Below are positions 57,450-64,000 of a stretch of DNA of 64,000 bases, piece by piece. The position numbers and the translations under genes were made by a program. The stretch covers positions 65,320-129,319 of the forward strand of contig CAZAYY010000012.1 in assembly GCA_964489525.1 (NCBI GenBank), read 5' to 3'. The notes beneath the pieces were generated by a model. That model made no database searches and was not told the DNA's origin. It saw nothing but the letters and a program-made list of their open reading frames with translations. This DNA comes from an uncultured Anaerolineales bacterium (GTDB taxonomy: Bacteria; Chloroflexota; Anaerolineae; Anaerolineales; JABWBV01). Position 1 is the stretch's first letter, and every line of letters starts with the position of its first letter.

Positions 57450-58190
57450 ATCGAGCTGGACAGCCGCCGCGCCTGCCTGCAGCATGGCATCTACCTGAGA
57501 TGGGTGAAAAACCCCACAGCCGCCAATCACCATCGTCGAAAACCTGGACAAAAACCGGACTGCCTCAAGCGCCTGGGGAAACAAACCCGGCCCGTATAAC
57601 CTGCCGCTAACCAACCCACCCCCAGGAATGGGCAGCGCCCCACGGGGCGGGCCCAGGCTGAGTGCGGAAGCCCCGGCCCCTAACACAGCCTCTGCAAGGG
57701 CCTGCACCTGGTCGAGCGACAAACGCACCACAAGCGGGGTTTCACCCACCGCCGCCTGAATCAGCTCAACTGCCCGGCCCGCTTCCACTCCCGGCGGCAA
57801 ACCCAGCTCGAACGCACTGACGCCGGGTTTATTCTCTAACCTTGCAGCCAGCCGGGCAATGGTATACGGCTCTTCACCCACCAAATGGACAATCACCGGC
57901 ACACGCTGCCTGGCCCAGCGCCGGCTATATTGGCGCAAGATTTCATCCAGGCCAGGGTTGGGCAAACCCGTGTGGAGCAGCAAACCACCAGGGTAAGACA
58001 CCAGGCGCGTTCCAGCAGCCGGGGTTCGGGCAGTAAGGCTGATTGGGTTCGTCACAAACGCCCCAAGTTCCCCTGGCGAAACAGGCCCTTTGAGCGAAGG
58101 CGCAAAACCCAACATGCCCGCAGCGTTCATCAACCGGCCCTGCAGGGGCACATCTGCAATCGGAATTCCTGTTATTTCATCCATTCTCAA
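57414..58190 (-). CDS. Dihydroorotate-dehydrogenase-like TIM-barrel protein lacking the canonical catalytic loop
   Basis: DHOD class-1-like blocks ([23 protein letters not shown]...AGAAAVQL). At the position of ELNxSCPN the sequence reads [10 protein letters not shown]. 36-bp convergent overlap with dtd. Confidence 0.6.
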   Translation of the reverse strand: MRMDEITGIPIADVPLQGRLMNAAGMLGFAPSLKGPVSPGELGAFVTNPISLTARTPAAGTRLVSYPGGLLLHTGLPNPGLDEILRQYSRRWARQRVPVIVHLVGEEPYTIARLAARLENKPGVSAFELGLPPGVEAGRAVELIQAAVGETPLVVRLSLDQVQALAEAVLGAGASALSLGPPRGALPIPGGGLVSGRLYGPGLFPQALEAVRFLSRFSTMVIGGCGVFHPSQVDAMLQAGAAAVQLDLVLWRGPWPTF

Positions 58191-58231
58191 TCCATTTTAA
58201 CCTGACACTCAAAATTGCGCATTATAATCCA

Positions 58232-58331
58232 TTACAGTAAATGCTTAACCTCACCCCCAATTCCTCGCCCCAATCTTGGTGCGAAGGTCCGAACGTCAAT
58301 TTCATTGGGGGTTGGGTTACCGTTACTGTAA
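58232..58331. repeat. 100-nt nested inverted repeat (long imperfect hairpin) in a divergent intergenic region
   Basis: Three helices: TTACAGTAA/TTACTGTAA (58232-40 / 58323-31), TAACC/GGTTA (58246-50 / 58315-19), and CCCCCAAT/ATTGGGGG (58254-61 / 58304-11). Confidence 0.55.
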
Positions 58332-58353
58332 GTATATAACCAGGAGCTGAATT

Positions 58354-59343
58354 TTGAACCACGATCTGAACCTTGAAGACCAATCGCCCCGCAAAACAGA
58401 AAGCGAAGAAATCGAACTTGACCACTACCCTACCCAGTCCGCACCGGACGAGATGCCCCAAACGGTGCGCCTCAACCAATCCTTCCTTTTTGGGCTGTTG
58501 ATTCCCCTGGTTTTTCTTTTGGGGCTTGGCTTTGGCTACTGGTTTTGGGGCCGCACTGCAGCCAGCCAAACTGCTTTAGATATTGCCCGGGTTGAAACTG
58601 CCGCCAACCAGGCGCTGCAGGCTGCCCAGGAGGCACGCAGCCTGGCCGCCCAATTTGCCAACGCCCAGGCGGCTGTTTCCGCTGCGACCGGCAGTTCGAG
58701 CAGCCCCAACAGCGGAGAAGGCACCCCCAACACACAAACCACCCAACCCACTGCTGCTGCCGCAAACAATCCGGAACCCACAGAAACGCCTGCTGAAACA
58801 CGCAGCGTGGTGCGCTACGACGTGCCTGTGGATGACGACCCGGTTATCGGGGCCGAAGATGCCGTGATTACCATCATCGAATTCAGCGACTACGAATGCC
58901 CATTCTGCACCAAGTGGCACGAAGAAGTGTTCCCCAAAATCCTGGCAGAATACCCCACCCAGGTGCGCATTGTGTACCGCGACTTCCCCCTGGAAAATAT
59001 CCACCCCAATGCCATTCCGGCCGCTGAAGCCGCCAACTGCGCTTTTGAACAAGGGAAATTCTGGGAATACCACGACTTGCTGTTCAGCGGGGGTAAATCT
59101 TTAAACCGGACCACGTACATGGCCTATGCCAGCCAGCTTAACTTGAACCTGGAAACCTTCGCCGACTGTCTGAGCTCCAATAAGTACGAGCAAGAAGTTC
59201 TGGGTGACTTTGAATTTGCCGCCAATCTCGGTGTGCGCTCTACCCCGACCTTCTTCATCAATGGCATTGCCCTGGTTGGCGCCCAGCCCTACGAAGTGTT
59301 CAAACAAATCATTGATGGTGAGTTGAACGGGGAATTTGAATAA
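58354..59343 (+). CDS. DsbA-family thiol:disulfide oxidoreductase with N-terminal membrane anchor
   Basis: TTG at 58354 lies 7 nt after an AGGAG RBS; the alternative ATG is at 58453. TM helix. Thioredoxin-fold active site SDYECPFCTKWH. Confidence 0.8.
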   Translation: MNHDLNLEDQSPRKTESEEIELDHYPTQSAPDEMPQTVRLNQSFLFGLLIPLVFLLGLGFGYWFWGRTAASQTALDIARVETAANQALQAAQEARSLAAQFANAQAAVSAATGSSSSPNSGEGTPNTQTTQPTAAAANNPEPTETPAETRSVVRYDVPVDDDPVIGAEDAVITIIEFSDYECPFCTKWHEEVFPKILAEYPTQVRIVYRDFPLENIHPNAIPAAEAANCAFEQGKFWEYHDLLFSGGKSLNRTTYMAYASQLNLNLETFADCLSSNKYEQEVLGDFEFAANLGVRSTPTFFINGIALVGAQPYEVFKQIIDGELNGEFE

Positions 59344-59393
59344 ATCCCAGGCAAACTACCAGCCTCGAAATCATCAAGAATTCACCTCTACCC

Positions 59394-59426
59394 CCGACAG
59401 GTTTTCGAAAACCTGTCGGTTTTTTT
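59394..59426 (+). terminator. Rho-independent terminator after the DsbA-like gene
   Basis: ccgacaggtttt / aaaacctgtcgg palindromic stem (59394-59419) followed by T7 (59420-59426). Confidence 0.8.
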
Positions 59427-59445
59427 AGAAAACTGGGCTGCTGGG

Positions 59446-60342
59446 CTACATTCTGAAATCGTAAATTCCATCCCGAACCGGCCACTCAACCTGGCAGCCC
59501 GAACACACCAGCGCCTCTGGCTCGGATCGCAGGTGGGTGCTGCCGCACTTTGGGCATTGGAACAAAACCCCCAGTGGCACGGTTGTGCTGGCACCTCTCG
59601 CCCGGCTGCGCACAAAAACACTGGGCGAAAGCTGCCACCAGTTCCCGGTAAGCTGGGCCAGGCTGTCGAACCAGACCAAAAGCCGGTGCGGCACTAGCCG
59701 TTTGAGCAATCCAATGCGAAAATGAGAAACCGTGAGCTGCCGCTCCACCTCAAAGCCGCTGTCAGCCAACCACTGCCGGGTTGTGCGAGGGTGAAAATCA
59801 AAGTTCAACTCAACAAATTCGACCGGCTCAGGTGAGAAAGGGCTCCATTTTTGGCGGCCTAACAACCAGCGGAAAATCGCTTTCAGGTTCAACTTGTTGG
59901 CAAATTCCAGGATAAAAAGCCCGCCCGGCTGCATCACCCGGCGAATTTCGCCAAGGGCCAGCGGGCCATCTTTTAGATGGTGTAGAACTCGAATCATCGT
60001 AGCCCGGTCGAAGGCGCTGGCCACAAACGGCAGGTGGTAGACATTGGCCGCCACGTAAATATACTGGCTGCCCCGCCCCAACCGCGCCTGGGCTTGCTGA
60101 AGCTGGGTGAGGGAATAATCCAGCAGCACAATTTGATCCATTTTGGGATACCGCGCTGTATTTCGCCCGGCGCCTGCGCCCACCTCTAACAACAGCTTGC
60201 CGCCCGGGGGCAGCAGCCGCTGGATCGCAATGGCCTCGGCTGCGTCTTCGTAGGCGCGGCCGCCTTTGTCCCAAAACGTTTCCTGGTATGTGGAACCTTC
60301 ATAATCGCACACTGGTGGTGTGTTGGATGAGGATGTTGTCAT
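59446..60342 (-). CDS. Class I SAM-dependent methyltransferase with C-terminal zinc-ribbon (Trm112-like) tail
   Basis: Motif I LLEVGAGAGRN and post-I VLLDYS. C-terminal CPKCGS...CSGCQ...DGIYDF. Confidence 0.8.
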   Translation of the reverse strand: MTTSSSNTPPVCDYEGSTYQETFWDKGGRAYEDAAEAIAIQRLLPPGGKLLLEVGAGAGRNTARYPKMDQIVLLDYSLTQLQQAQARLGRGSQYIYVAANVYHLPFVASAFDRATMIRVLHHLKDGPLALGEIRRVMQPGGLFILEFANKLNLKAIFRWLLGRQKWSPFSPEPVEFVELNFDFHPRTTRQWLADSGFEVERQLTVSHFRIGLLKRLVPHRLLVWFDSLAQLTGNWWQLSPSVFVRSRARGASTTVPLGVLFQCPKCGSTHLRSEPEALVCSGCQVEWPVRDGIYDFRM

Positions 60343-60355
60343 GGATTTTCCCTTA

Positions 60356-60526
60356 TTATGGTTTCAGGCTGCTGCGCTGTCCATTTTTTTGAGACCAACG
60401 CAGCAGCGTTAAATTTTCTTCAAGTGAGCCAGCCGGCCATTTTTTGTAAATGTTCCCAAAAAAGGTACCCGGAATCTTCACCGCGCTGCTCGCATTGGGT
60501 GGGGCAGGTGTTTCGTCAGTAGTCAT
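60356..60526 (-). CDS. Possible 56-aa upstream small ORF (hypothetical)
   Basis: ATG at 60526. Ends 13 nt before the methyltransferase ATG. Non-repetitive sequence (..FFGNIYKKWPAGSLEENLTLLRW..). No clear RBS. Below the ORF-track cutoff. Confidence 0.25.
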   Translation of the reverse strand: MTTDETPAPPNASSAVKIPGTFFGNIYKKWPAGSLEENLTLLRWSQKNGQRSSLKP

Positions 60527-60646
60527 TTTAGAAAATTCGGGTTCATAGCGGCGAAACCCTGGGGCAAACCGCAGTTTTCAGGGCGATATCACCTGAGGTA
60601 AACGCCAGTTCACCCAACATTTACCCTGATTTTACCAAAAACGAAA

Positions 60647-61504
60647 TTACTGCAATGCAATCAGCAAGATTCCAGCAAAGATAACCGCAGCCCCTAAAGC
60701 CCGGATTTTCCCCAACCCTTCCCCCAACAACAGCCACCCGGCCAGCGCCCCAAAAACGATACTGATTTCGCGCACTGCACCGGCATAGCTGACTGGTGCA
60801 ATCCGGTAGGCAGCCAGCGCCAGGGCATACGACCCAAACGAGGCCAACCCCATCCCCAGGTAGCCGCGCCAATGAGCCCGCCAGGCCCTGGCCAACACCG
60901 GCCGGGGGAATCGCCTGAGAACCACGGGCGTCAGCCCCAGGGCAATTCCCTGGTACACCAATACATTATAGCCAATGGGGTGAAGGCTTTTCATGGCTGC
61001 GCCGTCAATCGCCGTGTACACCGAAATGCTGAATGCTGCCAGCAGCGCCCCGGCCACTACCCACGGGTTGGGTTTCTTTTGACTTGCGTTCTGGCGAACC
61101 AGACCGCTGCCGCCCACCACCAAAAGACCCACCACCACAACAGACAGGCCCAAAGCACCACCGGCTGTGGGGGTTTCTCCTAAAAACACAACCGCCCAAA
61201 CCGCCAACAAAGCCGGTGCTGCACCCCGGGCAATTGGGTAGACCACAGAAAAGTCACCATCACGGTACGAGGTCAGCAAAACCCCCAGGTATACAAACTC
61301 AGCCACCAAACTGGGTACAAGGAAAACCCAGGCCGTTGCCAGCGGAACCGGAAAAAACCACAGCAAAGGTGTGGTCAGGGCTGCAACAATGAGCAAAGCC
61401 CACCAGGTGGCCGCCAACCGGTCCCCGGCCTGTTTAATAAACAGGTTCCAACTGGTGTGCAGCAAAGCCGAAAGCAGTAAAAAGACCAGGGCAGCAGCAG
61501 GCAT
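60647..61504 (-). CDS. EamA/DMT-family transporter
   Basis: 285 aa, 10 predicted helices, two EamA repeats (...YPIARGAAPALLAVWAVVFLGE... and ...YAGAVREISIVFGALAGWLLLGE...). Confidence 0.8.
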   Translation of the reverse strand: MPAAALVFLLLSALLHTSWNLFIKQAGDRLAATWWALLIVAALTTPLLWFFPVPLATAWVFLVPSLVAEFVYLGVLLTSYRDGDFSVVYPIARGAAPALLAVWAVVFLGETPTAGGALGLSVVVVGLLVVGGSGLVRQNASQKKPNPWVVAGALLAAFSISVYTAIDGAAMKSLHPIGYNVLVYQGIALGLTPVVLRRFPRPVLARAWRAHWRGYLGMGLASFGSYALALAAYRIAPVSYAGAVREISIVFGALAGWLLLGEGLGKIRALGAAVIFAGILLIALQ

Positions 61505-61543
61505 GCGTGTTTTGTATATTAATGGAAATGAATAAGGGTGGGG

Positions 61544-64000
61544 TCAGGAAACGCCGCTGAAATAATCCTGGACGAGGCGGTTGATGAAAATATATCCACC
61601 GCCCACACGGCGCAAAATCGCCAGGTCGGTTGCGTGCTCCAAGAACCCGGCCAGGTTCCAGGGCACACCCTCCAACCACAAGAAAAGGCGCAAGAACAGG
61701 TGGTTGACAGCACCCGAACCGCCAAAGCCAAAGAACCGGGCCAGAAAAATCATCCCGGCCTGGATAATTCCAAAAGAAGCGTCTGGGGCATACAGGGGAC
61801 CAAACCCCCAAAACAATACCCCGAGGGCAGCACCAGTAACCACACCTGCCTGAAAATCGGCCCGGAGCGAGATCCAGGTAGCCTGGTTGGGTCTGCTGGT
61901 GCGTTCAATCCGGCGGCCGCGCAGCCCACCCGTCACAAAAAAGACCAGGGTCCAGGGCATCACCCACAGCATCACTGCCAACGGTGCAGGGTAAGTCCAT
62001 TCCGCGAGATCATCGGGAAACATCAATAGTTGAAGCAGGCCAAACAAAAGCCCGATGATTAAACCAATCGGTGCCTGGCGCAGCGCTTCGCGCCACGACC
62101 ACTGCAGCGATTCGCCCAACTCAATCAGACCGCGCAGGCTGATATTGCTGTTGCTAAAGCCAATGGTGTAAAACGCCCCCTGCCAGATTGCAATAAACAA
62201 GGTTTCTTCCAGGGTTGAGCCACCCAAATTGAGATAAATGATGGTAACCAGTGTGGCAAGAACACCCATGCCTGCGGCTCGCAGCCATTTGAGCCGGGCG
62301 CTGATTTGCGCGGGTTTCCCCATCCGGTCCCACCACTCTGCAAGGCCAATTTGAAGGGGGATGAAAACTGCGGCAATGACCAGGTTGATTTTTAGCAATA
62401 CCCACAGGCTGGCCAGTGTACCTGTCAGCAAAGGCTGTGTACCCGGGATCAGGGTAAAGCCAAACGAGATCAATACCAGCAAATTGAGCATCGTAGTGAC
62501 CAGGCAAACCAACAAGGTGCTGGCCGCAGCAAACCCCCAACGCAGCCATTTCTTCTGAATCCAGGATGGCTGAAGTGCCTCCACCAGGAAAACCGCCTGG
62601 TTTGAGGTGGTCATATTGTGGGCAAGCCACTTAAGCAGTGCATCGGTTTTCTCATTGTCATGGGCAAACACAGTCTGGCGGCGATAGCCCCGGTGAACAT
62701 ACGCTTCAATCAGGCGCTGGCGGCGCGAGTGGCCAGCATTGGCTGCCAGGCTGACAGGGGTGAGGCCGGTTTTTTCTAACGCGGCAGCCTCGTCCCGGTA
62801 GGCGCTGCGCATAATGTTCAACCACAGAGGTGTTTTTGCCAGCCCGGCCAGTTCAGTGTCTTGAGATATCAAGGTCTTTAACCCGGCAGCGTACAAACCC
62901 TGGGTGGTCAGGTATTGATTTACCTGGTCGGGCTGCAAGGGCATCAGTTCGATCGCCCCACCCATGCGCAGTTTTACTTTCGCATTCTGGTAATCGCCCT
63001 GGCGCGTTGTAATCACCAGGCCTGCCAGGCCGCGGCTTTTGCGAAATTCATTGATCGCCCGAATCGCTTGGGGCAAGATTGCATCGGGAATTTCATCCAA
63101 CCCATCTAACAGCAGCACCAGTTCGTTGGCTTCCAGCCAGGCCTTACCCATCACCCGGGGAATCTGGTACTTGGCGTTGAGTTCTTCAACCAACCAGTCT
63201 TCAAGCGAGCCGCGTTCCTCCGCCCAGGACGCCAACTGGAGCACAACCGGAACCGGTTGGCTGGAATCTTTCTGAGCGCGTTCCACCAGGTCACGAGCCA
63301 GCTTGAGCAAAGTGATGGTTTTACCGGTACCCGGCCCCCCTAAAATAAGCAAACTCCGGTCACTTTCTTGAAATAACTGCAAGGTATCTTTTGGAACCGG
63401 TTCCTCTTCGCCAGAATCACCCCCTAACCCACCCCAAGGGCGCTCCACCCAGGCGTTGGCAGGTCGTTTATGCAGTTCGATCAAGGCACCACTTGGAATA
63501 GACTGTTCTAAAACGCCATTGACCCAAAAATTCTTGACCTTTTCGAGCAGAATGTGCTGATTGCGGCGTTCCGCAGGGGACGGCTGAGCCTCAGTTTGTG
63601 CCGGGCGAGGGGCAAGCAAGGTGGGCAATGGCGGGGTGAAAGCCGTTTGAGCAGGGGCCTGGACAGGCTGGTTTTGCAGAATTGCCTCAAGGCGGGCAGC
63701 CACCATCCGGGCGCTGCCCAGGCGCAGTTCGAGTGGTTTTTTCAGCATCTGGTTAATCAATTCGGCCAGGGCTGGCGGACAATCGGGCCGGTAGGCAAGA
63801 ATATCCTGCGGGGTTTGGGTGAGAATGGCGGTGATGATTGCGGCGACGCTTTCCCCCTGGAAGGGCTTGACGCCTGCCAACATTTCGTAAAGCATCACCC
63901 CAAAAGACCAGATATCCGCCCGGCTGTCGAGTATCTCTCCGCCGCAGGCCTCTGGGCTGAGATAGTTGATGGTGCCCACAATCATGCCCGACTGGGTGAG
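61544..64000 (-). CDS. Ser/Thr kinase - NACHT (STAND) NTPase - polytopic membrane domain protein (5' end outside window)
   Basis: The frame stays open to the window edge. Kinase subdomains VIII-XI (GTINYLSPE, DIWSFGVMLYEMLAG). P-loop GGPGTGKT and Walker B LLLDGLDE. About 8-10 hydrophobic helices. C-terminal LRRVGGGYIFINRLVQDYF wHTH-like tail. Confidence 0.8.
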   Translation of the reverse strand, partial: LTQSGMIVGTINYLSPEACGGEILDSRADIWSFGVMLYEMLAGVKPFQGESVAAIITAILTQTPQDILAYRPDCPPALAELINQMLKKPLELRLGSARMVAARLEAILQNQPVQAPAQTAFTPPLPTLLAPRPAQTEAQPSPAERRNQHILLEKVKNFWVNGVLEQSIPSGALIELHKRPANAWVERPWGGLGGDSGEEEPVPKDTLQLFQESDRSLLILGGPGTGKTITLLKLARDLVERAQKDSSQPVPVVLQLASWAEERGSLEDWLVEELNAKYQIPRVMGKAWLEANELVLLLDGLDEIPDAILPQAIRAINEFRKSRGLAGLVITTRQGDYQNAKVKLRMGGAIELMPLQPDQVNQYLTTQGLYAAGLKTLISQDTELAGLAKTPLWLNIMRSAYRDEAAALEKTGLTPVSLAANAGHSRRQRLIEAYVHRGYRRQTVFAHDNEKTDALLKWLAHNMTTSNQAVFLVEALQPSWIQKKWLRWGFAAASTLLVCLVTTMLNLLVLISFGFTLIPGTQPLLTGTLASLWVLLKINLVIAAVFIPLQIGLAEWWDRMGKPAQISARLKWLRAAGMGVLATLVTIIYLNLGGSTLEETLFIAIWQGAFYTIGFSNSNISLRGLIELGESLQWSWREALRQAPIGLIIGLLFGLLQLLMFPDDLAEWTYPAPLAVMLWVMPWTLVFFVTGGLRGRRIERTSRPNQATWISLRADFQAGVVTGAALGVLFWGFGPLYAPDASFGIIQAGMIFLARFFGFGGSGAVNHLFLRLFLWLEGVPWNLAGFLEHATDLAILRRVGGGYIFINRLVQDYFSGVS

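Overview
This is a densely coding 64-kb chromosomal segment with about 58 CDS. I found no rRNA, tRNA, CRISPR array, transposase or integrase. Gene content suggests a Chloroflexota (Anaerolineae-like) bacterium. That is an inference from the DUF5667-type anti-sigma factor with a Pro/Gly/Glu-rich tail, the SARP/NB-ARC/TPR and kinase-NACHT STAND proteins, and secreted proteins ending in a 'YLPLV'-like tail. All family calls rest on motifs read directly from the translations; no database search was run.

The left half (1-37 kb) is mostly ordinary housekeeping and transport:
- TrkH/TrkA K+ uptake, galT-galK and an SF1 helicase.
- A glycine-betaine-type ABC system (proX, a fused double proW, proV).
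- GH97 and GH13 alpha-glucosidases.
- A MacAB/DevABC-like exporter with two ATPases, one fused to a cNMP-binding domain.
- A Ser/Thr kinase, rnhB, xth, a Pcs-type CDP-alcohol phosphatidyltransferase and AzlCD.

The standout is a tightly packed minus-strand cluster at 37.2-49.6 kb. In transcription order it encodes:
- a small conserved protein;
- a 1063-aa secreted BNR protein;
- an FG-GAP beta-propeller protein;
- cytochrome b and a Rieske protein;
- three membrane-anchored multihaem c-type cytochromes with 6, 12 and 25 CxxCH motifs (43 in total);
- an SH3-like lipoprotein.

I read this as a candidate undescribed quinol-to-cell-surface electron conduit built on a Rieske/cyt b core. It sits next to a divergent SARP-NB-ARC-TPR regulator, a paralogous second copy of the small protein, and an ECF sigma/anti-sigma pair.

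Other notable observations:
- A hidden SelW/Rdx-family gene (55117-55356) is interrupted by an in-frame TGA inside a CxxU redox motif, with a SECIS-like hairpin downstream. It is a probable selenoprotein that the ORF track misses.
- Three secreted proteins share a C-terminal motif, (Y/F)x(V/I)(Y/F)(L/I)P(L/F).
- A Ser/Thr-kinase-NACHT-polytopic-membrane STAND protein is cut by the window end.
- A DHOD-like TIM barrel lacks the catalytic loop.
- There are several intergenic repeats and hairpins.
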